In this document: positions 17,960-25,929 of the stretch, piece after piece
Position numbering within the stretch: the first letter of the stretch is position 1
Layout: every line of letters begins with the position of its first letter
Virus record (IMG/VR): IMGVR_UViG_3300025011_000002
DNA length: 43,010 nt
Strand: one strand, 5' to 3'
DNA from: a virus
Taxonomy: Duplodnaviria > Heunggongvirae > Uroviricota > Caudoviricetes
Notes under the pieces: model-generated
Databases searched by the model: none
What the model saw: the letters and a program-made list of their open reading frames with translations, nothing else
What the model was told of the DNA's origin: nothing
Translations under genes and position numbers: made by a program

Positions 17960-20023
17960 TTATTTAATTTTCATAGCTCTAGGGAATTTGGCAACTGTTG
18001 TTTCCACATGTACAAAAGGCTTTTCTTTGCCTCCTTCTATTTCTGTTATAGAGGCAGTTATGTAAGATGATGCAAACTTATAGCAATGCACTATATTTTG
18101 TCTTAAACATGAGTTTGTTTCTGTTTGTGGAACATTTGTATAATTATCAATAACAATTTTATCTCTATTTACTATATCGCAACAGGCTTGCATGCATTTA
18201 TCACTACCACAACCATCCAAAATTGATGAACTACCGCCCATTGCTCTACAAGCTTGCTTTCTTTGCTTCATTATATCATGCGTAAAATCACCACAACTGC
18301 CATGCTTTACACTATATCTATCAAATAGTTCTGCCATCTGGTCAATTATAATGTTGCTTATAAATTCATTAGGTCTTGCTTCATTACTTGTAGTAACATA
18401 ATCCACACCAAATTTTTCACAAAGTTTTGGACTACTATTTACTTTATCTGCGCATAATTTTAAGCATTCATAACCGCCACAATTGCCTATTCTACCATCA
18501 CAAACGCAACCGTCTTCATCTGCAAATTCAAATACTTCTGCATTAAAATCACTACAATATGATGTGAATATATTAGGATTAAATTTTAACATTATTTCTT
18601 TTATCATTTCAGGTGTCATTATTTTGGCTTCTGGTTCTGTTGGTGCTAAGTTTGCCATATCACTTAATAATGTTTGATAATAATATTTCATCTCTGGTTC
18701 ATTAGATGTATCAATAAAGTAAATTGATGAATCTAAGTTATTATATCTAATATCAATAATATATCTTGATTCCATACTTTTATCTGCAATCTTTTCAAAA
18801 GCTTCTAGTCTTGTTTTAATTGTATCAAAGCCAAGAACAATATATTTTGATTTAACAAAGGTAAAATTAATATCTTGAAACTTTTTATCATATGATTTAA
18901 CATTATGCTTATTAAAAGTTGCTAATATAGCTCTTGCAGAATCAGATTTAGTTCTACCTATTTGTGGTGCTACATAAAATTGATTTCTTAAATTCTTTCT
19001 TTCAACTTTATCAAAATCAACTAAGGTATAGTTTTTTATTAATGCAGTTCTACCCAATTGTTCAATAATTGAAGTTCCTGCGCTTCCTAAACCCAAACAA
19101 ATAATATCTTTTTCTATTTTTTCTACATTTTCAACATCTTTTAAAACATCAGATGCTTTTATAGTTGAATAATAACTTGATTTATTTCTAACCCCTGCTG
19201 TTTTATAATGTTTATAGCGACTATTAGTTTTTGTTTTTATATAATATCCATCTTTTTCAATAGTATTTAAATCTAAATTTTCTAAAGCACTATCAACATT
19301 AGTAAGACAATCTTTGCAGATATTAAATATTAAACTAAAAGGACTAGCAGTTTTTTTAATGAAATCCCCACAATGATTACATTTTATAATGCTATCTGGT
19401 TCTGTTGCACTTAAATTTTCTTCAAGAAAATATCTTGAATTAGGAAAAGCATCACTAGCATTTGAATGTGTCATATTTAAAGCTAAACATTGTGTTGCAA
19501 CTTCTGGATTTTCAAATACATCACAAGGATGTATGTCGTTACAAAAGGCTTGTCCTTTAAATTCTAACATATTACCGTCTTTATCTTTTATTTTAAATGT
19601 TCTAACTGTTGTGTCAATATTATAATGACCAATCATTTTAGCATCTGATGAAACGAAAACATAATCCCAATGATTCATTGACAAAAATTGTATGTTTTCT
19701 ATTACTTCTTCTCTACCAGTTAAAGGTACAGTTAATGTTACGCTTCTTGGCGCATCTGTTAAAATACATTCTACTATATCATTATAATCTGATTTATAAG
19801 TAAAATGTCTTGCATTAACAGGTATTTTTTGTGATAAGAGGGCTTTTTCTTCAGCTATTTTATTCTCTCTTGCTTTTATTTCTTCTTCTGTTTCTTCTTT
19901 TACCATATTAACATCATTACCTATGCTGATAAATTCATCACATTCATCATCGTCTTCATCATCTAAATCGAAAATATCTGCTTCTATTTCTAATGCTCTT
20001 GCATCCAATTCTCTGTCTGTCAT
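17960..20023 (-). CDS. E1/ThiF-family Ubl-activating enzyme with N-terminal E2-like and Zn-ribbon domains
   Basis: ThiF core: ICLGLGSAG, VDFD, KNLRNQ, GRTK, GFD..TR (aa 306-455); candidate catalytic Cys639; CxxC pairs at aa 215-239. The E2-like call for aa 70-195 is inferred. Confidence 0.85.
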   Translation of the reverse strand: MTDRELDARALEIEADIFDLDDEDDDECDEFISIGNDVNMVKEETEEEIKARENKIAEEKALLSQKIPVNARHFTYKSDYNDIVECILTDAPRSVTLTVPLTGREEVIENIQFLSMNHWDYVFVSSDAKMIGHYNIDTTVRTFKIKDKDGNMLEFKGQAFCNDIHPCDVFENPEVATQCLALNMTHSNASDAFPNSRYFLEENLSATEPDSIIKCNHCGDFIKKTASPFSLIFNICKDCLTNVDSALENLDLNTIEKDGYYIKTKTNSRYKHYKTAGVRNKSSYYSTIKASDVLKDVENVEKIEKDIICLGLGSAGTSIIEQLGRTALIKNYTLVDFDKVERKNLRNQFYVAPQIGRTKSDSARAILATFNKHNVKSYDKKFQDINFTFVKSKYIVLGFDTIKTRLEAFEKIADKSMESRYIIDIRYNNLDSSIYFIDTSNEPEMKYYYQTLLSDMANLAPTEPEAKIMTPEMIKEIMLKFNPNIFTSYCSDFNAEVFEFADEDGCVCDGRIGNCGGYECLKLCADKVNSSPKLCEKFGVDYVTTSNEARPNEFISNIIIDQMAELFDRYSVKHGSCGDFTHDIMKQRKQACRAMGGSSSILDGCGSDKCMQACCDIVNRDKIVIDNYTNVPQTETNSCLRQNIVHCYKFASSYITASITEIEGGKEKPFVHVETTVAKFPRAMKIK

Positions 20024-20078
20024 TTTAACGCTCCTTTAAATTTTTATAACATCTAATATTCAAACTCTTTATATATTT

Positions 20079-20106
20079 ATTATAATGCAATATTTTTAAA
20101 AGTCAA
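20079..20106 (-). promoter_or_regulatory. sigma70-like promoter of the E1 gene
   Basis: TTGACT, 16-nt spacer, TATAAT. Confidence 0.65.
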
Positions 20107-20150
20107 GCCTTTTGAATAAAAAAATAAAATATTTACAATATGTAATAATA

Positions 20151-20179
20151 AAAAAGCCCTCTTAAATAGAGGGCTTTTT
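20151..20179. terminator. Intrinsic terminator after the Ubl gene
   Basis: aaaaagccctct-taaat-agagggcttttt, 12-bp stem. Confidence 0.85.
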
Positions 20180-20205
20180 TCATTCATCTTAAATTAACTT
20201 AAAAA

Positions 20206-20460
20206 TTAACCGTTTTCTTTAGAACCTGATACAAAAATTACCATATCTTTTGTAATAACTACATCATCTTCTAAAATTACGCCATCTGCAACAAGTTTAA
20301 TTTTTTCTTCAAGTTCAAGTTCTTCTTCAATAATTTCTTTTGCTTCTCCTACTGTTGAACCTACAGGTACTTCTACGCTTCCTGTTAGAGAAAAAATTGC
20401 TAATTTTGCAGGTACTTCTTCGCCTAATGTTCTTAGAAGGTCATTCACGTTTTCTGACAT
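20206..20460 (-). CDS. Ubiquitin-like (beta-grasp) protein ending in Gly
   Basis: Start re-set to ATG 20460 (AGGAG RBS). [45 protein letters not shown] parallels ubiquitin [39 protein letters not shown]. Confidence 0.8.
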   Translation of the reverse strand: [84 protein letters not shown]

Positions 20461-20482
20461 TTTCATTCTCCTTGTTTTTCTA

Positions 20483-20497
20483 CTCTTACTCTGTGCT
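20483..20497 (-). promoter_or_regulatory. 15-nt leader element shared with the JAB gene
   Basis: AGCACAGAGTAAGAG, identical to 21610-21624. Confidence 0.6.
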
Positions 20498-20558
20498 TAC
20501 TCTTGCCAAAACTATTGGACTTTTGTTTAATAATTTATTTAATTCATTCTATATTTTA

Positions 20559-20586
20559 ATTATATCATCTTTTAAAATTAAGTCAA
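20559..20586 (-). promoter_or_regulatory. sigma70-like promoter of the Ubl gene
   Basis: TTGACT, 16-nt spacer, TGA-TATAAT. Confidence 0.7.
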
Positions 20587-20617
20587 GTATTATTTTTTAT
20601 TTTTTTTAAAATTAATA

Positions 20618-21592
20618 TTACTTAACAAATGATGGTATTCCTGTAACTTTTTCATATTCTTCATCATCTAAAGAATCTAAATACTCTTGATATTGTTCAT
20701 CTGTCATTTCATCTGGCTCATCCTGATAATATACATATTCATCCGTATCATCCCATTGGTCATCTGCTACTTCGTATACATCATCTACGAATTTACCATC
20801 TCTATAGACTGTTTTGCTAGTAGACTTAGGATAATTATAGGATTGTGCATAATAAAATACTTGTCTTTCCTGTACTTTTTCTTCAATATCTTTTTGACAT
20901 TCTTTATATATAGTTTTTATTTCTTCCTCTGTTACGCCTAAAGAATAACTAACAGGGATATTTTTATAATAATCATTACCATAATAATTAGCGCAATATA
21001 TATTCTGTTGTTTATTAATAATCATTACAGGAAAGATATTATTAAGCCTAATTGCAAACATTGTTCTATAATTATTTGTATCTGTAAGTGATGGAGTAAC
21101 AGCCATATCTACATGGCTATGCCAATCTAATATCCATAATTGTCTTTCTTCTATAGGTAATGTATTTAAGAAATTTGGTATTGCTGTTGCTTCACATTCA
21201 CATTTTATTGAATCAACAATTTGTTTAAGGATTATAATATCTGTTATAATATCTTTACCTTCTATTTTTTCAACTTTACCAAGTCCTGTGATTTCTAAAT
21301 CACCTATTAAGTTTATATAAGCATTAATCTTTAACCATGCTTTTGGAGAAAATTCTAATCTTTCAATTGGTTTTTTACAAAACAAATTCTTTAGAAAACT
21401 TAAACATTTTGTAGGTTTAATATCTTTATAAGATACTTCTTTTTGCCTTGCAGGGGCTTTATATGATGATGCGTTTGATTTATTTGTAGATGTAGGGGTT
21501 GGTTTAGTGTTTATAGGCGCAACATTAACTGCTTTTTTATGTGCTGCATTTGGCAACCAATTATAGTTGGCTGAATAATTGTTATTAGACAT
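20618..21592 (-). CDS. JAB/MPN+ metalloprotease (deubiquitinase-like)
   Basis: Catalytic Glu in DLEITGLG and H-x-H-x7-S-x2-D in WHSHVDMAVTPSLTD; low-complexity N-terminus and acidic Tyr-rich C-terminus. Confidence 0.88.
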   Translation of the reverse strand: MSNNNYSANYNWLPNAAHKKAVNVAPINTKPTPTSTNKSNASSYKAPARQKEVSYKDIKPTKCLSFLKNLFCKKPIERLEFSPKAWLKINAYINLIGDLEITGLGKVEKIEGKDIITDIIILKQIVDSIKCECEATAIPNFLNTLPIEERQLWILDWHSHVDMAVTPSLTDTNNYRTMFAIRLNNIFPVMIINKQQNIYCANYYGNDYYKNIPVSYSLGVTEEEIKTIYKECQKDIEEKVQERQVFYYAQSYNYPKSTSKTVYRDGKFVDDVYEVADDQWDDTDEYVYYQDEPDEMTDEQYQEYLDSLDDEEYEKVTGIPSFVK

Positions 21593-21706
21593 ATATTCGC
21601 TCCTTATTTCTCTTACTCTGTGCTGTTTAACTCTTACTATTTTATATTACATTATCTTTTAAATTAAATCAATACTTTATTTAGATTAATTTACAATTTG
21701 TAATAA

Positions 21707-21871
21707 TTAGTTTTTATTTCTATCTCTAAACTTTACTAAGTCATTATATAATTTATATGCTATTTCAAATTCTTGCCCCATAAATAAAGCATTTTGATAC
21801 ATTTCTAAAGCATCAATTATAATTTCAATTTTATCTTTATCATATATCTTGAATACTTTTTTATTCTTCAT
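21707..21871 (-). CDS. Hypothetical 54-aa protein
   Basis: Not in ORF track; ATGA overlap with the upstream gene. Confidence 0.55.
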   Translation of the reverse strand: MKNKKVFKIYDKDKIEIIIDALEMYQNALFMGQEFEIAYKLYNDLVKFRDRNKN

Positions 21872-22128
21872 TTATTTATACCTTTAAATAAATCTATATC
21901 TGTTTTAAAAAAAATATCAATCTCATTATCTGGTATATCATAAAAATATAAACACTCATTATTAGTTATTATATGCTTCCTTATTTTTTCTATATATTCA
22001 CGTTTAAAACCTTTAAATATATTAATTACAGGTAATGGGAATAAAGAATCTTCTTCTACATTTAAATAGAATACTTCCATATCATCAGGATATTTATCTA
22101 GTATTTCTTTTATATCTTTTACTTTCAT
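21868..22128 (-). CDS. Hypothetical protein
   Basis: MKVKDIKEILDKYPDDMEV, a common small phage protein N-terminus. Confidence 0.65.
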   Translation of the reverse strand: MKVKDIKEILDKYPDDMEVFYLNVEEDSLFPLPVINIFKGFKREYIEKIRKHIITNNECLYFYDIPDNEIDIFFKTDIDLFKGINK

Positions 22129-22153
22129 AATTATATCCTATTCTATTTAAAAA

Positions 22154-22313
22154 TAAACCAGAGGCGGTAGTAGCGTTCGGCAATATGCTTGCATTGTAGC
22201 TTCTTAAATATAAGTATGCTGTATATTAAGCAATTTCCACAGGCGATATTATCGTTTCAAATTCCTACCTGTTTCTGCTTATCTACATACCGTTTTGTCC
22301 TCTTTGCGATTTA
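22154..22313 (-). ncRNA. Unclassified structured RNA or cis-regulatory leader (about 160 nt)
   Basis: Own promoter (TTGACA 22351-22346, TATAAT 22329-22324); nested long-range helices UAAAUC/GGUUUA, AGAGG/CCUCU, CGGUA/UACCG, GUAG/CUAC, UAAGCAG/UUGCUUA, ACAGG/CCUGU; GC-enriched relative to flanks. Confidence 0.65.
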
Positions 22314-22357
22314 TTATATTTTCATTATACATCATCTTTTATTTTTGTCAAGCTTTT

Positions 22358-22837
22358 TTATTGTCTCTTAAATTGCTTAATATTCCATTGATAATATTCG
22401 TTATATTCTTTAATGCCCTGCTCTATTGGTAATAATTTTTTATTTAATTCATCATATTTTGAATATTCTTTTTTACATCTAAATGAAACGTCTTTAATTG
22501 TTGGAATATAAAAATTAAGAAAAGGCTCATGGAAGTCTTCAATAAATCTATTTGCAGTTAATATAGATTTATATTCTCTCCAGTTCTTATTTCTTGATAT
22601 AACTTGCATCATTAAAGCATCTAAATAATACATATTCCAAGTTAAATTATTACTTATCCATTTAACTAATTCCTTACCTTGCGGAATAGACTTATAAAAA
22701 TAGGCTTTATCTGTTCCTAAAGTTCTAAGATATGTAGAAAGTAATTGCATTTGTTCGACAAGCATTTTTCTTACTAGCTTATCATTTAACATCTTTGCTG
22801 ACTTATTAGGGTCTTTATCTAAAACATATATCTGCAT
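22358..22837 (-). CDS. Pyrimidine-dimer DNA glycosylase / endonuclease V-like protein
   Basis: MQIYVLDKDPNKSAKMLNDKLVRKMLVEQMQLLST matches the family N-terminus. Confidence 0.6.
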   Translation of the reverse strand: MQIYVLDKDPNKSAKMLNDKLVRKMLVEQMQLLSTYLRTLGTDKAYFYKSIPQGKELVKWISNNLTWNMYYLDALMMQVISRNKNWREYKSILTANRFIEDFHEPFLNFYIPTIKDVSFRCKKEYSKYDELNKKLLPIEQGIKEYNEYYQWNIKQFKRQ

Positions 22838-22838
22838 T

Positions 22839-23138
22839 TTAATAATCTCTAAGTATTTTTTCTATATGCTCAAAAGGAATATTAAATATTTTTTCATTAT
22901 GTCTTGTATAACAATTAAAGCTTTTAAATATATCAGAAGCTTTATATAAAGATGTAGGGCTTACTAAAAATGGTTCTTGTATGCCAACTTTAGTAAAAAC
23001 ATATTGTACTTTAAAATTATTACCCATTACGCCTACTATTTGAAGTAACATAAAAACGGCTTTTTTATCAGCTTCATGTATTACATAATCGCCACATTTA
23101 ACATCATGTATAGATTTTAAAGGGTTTGATAAATCCAT
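22839..23138 (-). CDS. Hypothetical protein
   Basis: Intact co-oriented ORF. Confidence 0.6.
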   Translation of the reverse strand: MDLSNPLKSIHDVKCGDYVIHEADKKAVFMLLQIVGVMGNNFKVQYVFTKVGIQEPFLVSPTSLYKASDIFKSFNCYTRHNEKIFNIPFEHIEKILRDY

Positions 23139-23162
23139 CTTATTTATCCTTTATAATTATTG

Positions 23163-23363
23163 CTACGCAATTAAAGTAAATTCGCTATCTATAAATTCTC
23201 TTGAAACATACTTGTGAATTGCATTAGTCTGCCACAATTTATTAACAAGACTTTCTACTATCATATTTTTTGCAGAATCAGATAGCATAAAGTTTTCTTC
23301 TTCAACTTGTTTTCTAACTATTGCTGTTAATTCTTCTTTTGTGCATTTTACCAATTTAGCCAT
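23163..23363 (-). CDS. Hypothetical protein
   Basis: Intact ORF with GGAG RBS. Confidence 0.6.
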   Translation of the reverse strand: MAKLVKCTKEELTAIVRKQVEEENFMLSDSAKNMIVESLVNKLWQTNAIHKYVSREFIDSEFTLIA

Positions 23364-23826
23364 TTTAATACTCCTTACAATAAGCTGTTCAACAATACTT
23401 TAAAATCTTTATTAGTAGATTTTCTTATCATCCATTCTTTAAGGGCTACCGCTAATACTTTTTTATACTCTTCATCTGTTATTTTCATGACATATTCCTT
23501 TAATTAATAGTAGATAATGCTAAACCTAAAATAATAGAAAGGAATATTAAATTAATACAAAATAACATAAAATTTCTTGTTAAAGATTGCACAAATTCCA
23601 ACATCTTTTAGACTCCGCATATATGTTTTTAACTCTCACTCTTTAAATATAACACGTTTATTTTACAAAATCAACATCTGATAAAATATTGTAACATATT
23701 TTAATATATTATTAAATAATTACTACATAACCAAAATATAAGGCAGAGCAGTATTATATACCTTATTAGCGTTAAAGAATTAAGATTACTGTTTGATAAT
23801 TCTACATTATGCAGTAATTATTAATA

Positions 23827-24045
23827 TTAAGGTTGGTTAGACCATTTTTCAATATTATTAAATATCTTATTACCCGATTTATTTACAACATTTACTGTTC
23901 TTTGTACGGTTTTATTATTTGATATTTCTTTTTCTATTGGTTCTACTATTGCCTTTGTCATAATAAAAATACCTAGACAAAGAACTAAAAACATTGTAAT
24001 AAAAACAGATACAATTAAACCAATTTCTTTAAAAGTTGCTTTCAT
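23827..24045 (-). CDS. Hypothetical membrane protein
   Basis: IGLIVSVFITMFLVLCLGIFIM transmembrane-like segment. Confidence 0.6.
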   Translation of the reverse strand: MKATFKEIGLIVSVFITMFLVLCLGIFIMTKAIVEPIEKEISNNKTVQRTVNVVNKSGNKIFNNIEKWSNQP

Positions 24046-24072
24046 GATATTCGACTCCGCTTATTTATTATA

Positions 24073-24483
24073 TTATCCTATTTTTCCAGACACTTCCTCT
24101 AAATCTTTAAAGAATGGGAATACTTGAAATTCTCTTAACAATTCCCCTGTGCTATTATTAGGTAGTGCTTTATAAATACACATTTCAATATTATATGTAT
24201 TATCAGATGTTAAATGATAGCCCTTTGATATATAATAATTAAAAGCTTCAAAGAAATCTGAAAATGTATTTAGTTCATTTTTTTCTATTATATCACAATT
24301 AGGATAAACCATCCATATAGAATATATTATTTTAAAATTTGGTGTAGAAGTTGATTTTTCAACATATCTTATGGATTCATTTATTTTTGGAGTTAGTAAA
24401 TCGTCTTTTTTTTCATTTAAAACAGAGATAATAAAATCTTGTATATCTATATTGTCAAGTCTTTCTTTTGTCCATTTATTCAT
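24073..24483 (-). CDS. Hypothetical protein
   Basis: Intact ORF with GAGG RBS. Confidence 0.65.
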   Translation of the reverse strand: MNKWTKERLDNIDIQDFIISVLNEKKDDLLTPKINESIRYVEKSTSTPNFKIIYSIWMVYPNCDIIEKNELNTFSDFFEAFNYYISKGYHLTSDNTYNIEMCIYKALPNNSTGELLREFQVFPFFKDLEEVSGKIG

Positions 24484-24630
24484 AATTTAATCCTCTTTTA
24501 TTTTTCCTATCCATCTTAAAATTCCATAGATGAATGTAATTAGTAATACCATTTCAAAATCTAAATTAGAGAATACAGATATTAAAGTAAAAATTATAAA
24601 GATTACATGGATTCTTAATAATCTATCCAT

Positions 24631-25086
24631 TTAATCCTCATCTTCTTCAAGTTCTATATCATCTAAATATTCTTTAATTACAGGGCGCATTTGATATTCT
24701 CTTATATCTGCTAGATTAAGATATTTTAAAAATCTAAATAATATCTCTTTCTTTTGGTCTACAGTAAGGCTATTAGCTTTAATATCAAACTCGCTAAGTG
24801 TCATTTCTGCTTCTGGTTCTCCAGTATCTCTGCAATGTTTCATATCGTCTATTTCATCATTTACATCTTCAATAGACCAATCGTTATATGTTGCAGTATC
24901 TTTTAAAGTATCTTTGCTTTCAGCATCATATATTTTTATATAGTGATTCTCTGAATTAACTGTTATTAATTCACCATCTGCAACCATTTGTTTATGTATT
25001 GATTCTGCTTCTTCTAATGTAGAAGCTTCTATTTCTGCCGATTCATAATATTCTATTTCTGCGTATTCTATTTTAAATTTTGTCAT
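24631..25086 (-). CDS. Acidic hypothetical protein
   Basis: EIEASTLEEA motif common in small phage proteins; strongly acidic. Confidence 0.65.
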   Translation of the reverse strand: MTKFKIEYAEIEYYESAEIEASTLEEAESIHKQMVADGELITVNSENHYIKIYDAESKDTLKDTATYNDWSIEDVNDEIDDMKHCRDTGEPEAEMTLSEFDIKANSLTVDQKKEILFRFLKYLNLADIREYQMRPVIKEYLDDIELEEDED

Positions 25087-25097
25087 TTTATTTTTCC

Positions 25098-25295
25098 TTA
25101 TATCTTATGTATCATTACATCGCCACAATTACCACAGGTAACTACATTAAATCCTGTCGCTTGGATTTCATTAAGTAATGCCTCTTGGTCAAGTAGTTCT
25201 TTGCTTGTTTCGCAATCACCAAAAAATAAATCAGGAAAATCACATGGTTCTCCTTCGTAACCACAATAAGGACATTTTAATAATACTTCTTCCAT
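25098..25295 (-). CDS. Zn-ribbon protein
   Basis: CPYCG...CGNCG. Confidence 0.65.
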   Translation of the reverse strand: MEEVLLKCPYCGYEGEPCDFPDLFFGDCETSKELLDQEALLNEIQATGFNVVTCGNCGDVMIHKI

Positions 25296-25362
25296 AATTT
25301 GTTTCCTTTGTTTGACTACTCTATTATCATATACTATAATTTTTATTTTGTCAATACTTAAA

Positions 25363-25929
25363 TTAAAAAAAGTTTATATTTAATTCATTCCCTGTTAAAG
25401 CCCTATTTATTGCAGAATCAAAGCTCCAATTTTTTTCTTCTTCTTTATATTTTTTAAAAGGATTTTCATTATCTTCAAGATGATATTCGTAGCAATTTCT
25501 ACAAAGAGGTGGATAATAGCTAAATACTGCTTCTTGCGTAAATGGCAAATCAAACACCGTATTTTGTTTTCCACATCTTGCACATATTGTTTCTACATTA
25601 CAATCAAGAACCAAATAGCCTTCTAAAGTATGTTTCATCATGCTAAATTCAGAAACATTGCCAGTAAAAAATGGATTATCTAACTCTCCATAGAAATTAA
25701 AACCCATTTCATCAGAAAGTTTATCTTTAAAAAAGTAAACATTATTATCTTTTTGTACGATAGACATTTCTTTTTCATTTCGTGGGGAGTTATGATTCCA
25801 TGCGAATTTATTAATATATAAAGAACGAAATAGACTTAGGTTATGTGATTCATTACTATCGTTATGTTGAAATATTCTATTTTCTGTTAAATCTATACTT
25901 CTATCTTTTATCATTTCTTTGTCAACCAA
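25363..25929 (-). CDS. Hypothetical protein with CxxC pair
   Basis: CARCG...LCRNC. Confidence 0.6.
   Translation of the reverse strand: MVDKEMIKDRSIDLTENRIFQHNDSNESHNLSLFRSLYINKFAWNHNSPRNEKEMSIVQKDNNVYFFKDKLSDEMGFNFYGELDNPFFTGNVSEFSMMKHTLEGYLVLDCNVETICARCGKQNTVFDLPFTQEAVFSYYPPLCRNCYEYHLEDNENPFKKYKEEEKNWSFDSAINRALTGNELNINFF

Noticed and set aside
17960-21592. ThiS/ThiF or MoaD/MoeB sulfur-transfer (cofactor biosynthesis) interpretation
   Set aside because: No ThiG, MoaE, cysteine synthase or rhodanese genes nearby; the Ubl lacks the GG end and resembles ubiquitin more than ThiS; the E1 has large extra domains. Not formally excluded without a biochemical test.
22154-22313. RNase P RNA, T-box or 6S assignment for the structured RNA
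   Set aside because: Only partial resemblances (GAGGACAAAAC, UGAAACG); lacks the P4 pseudoknot partners, the T-box GGUGGnACC motif and the symmetric central bubble of 6S.
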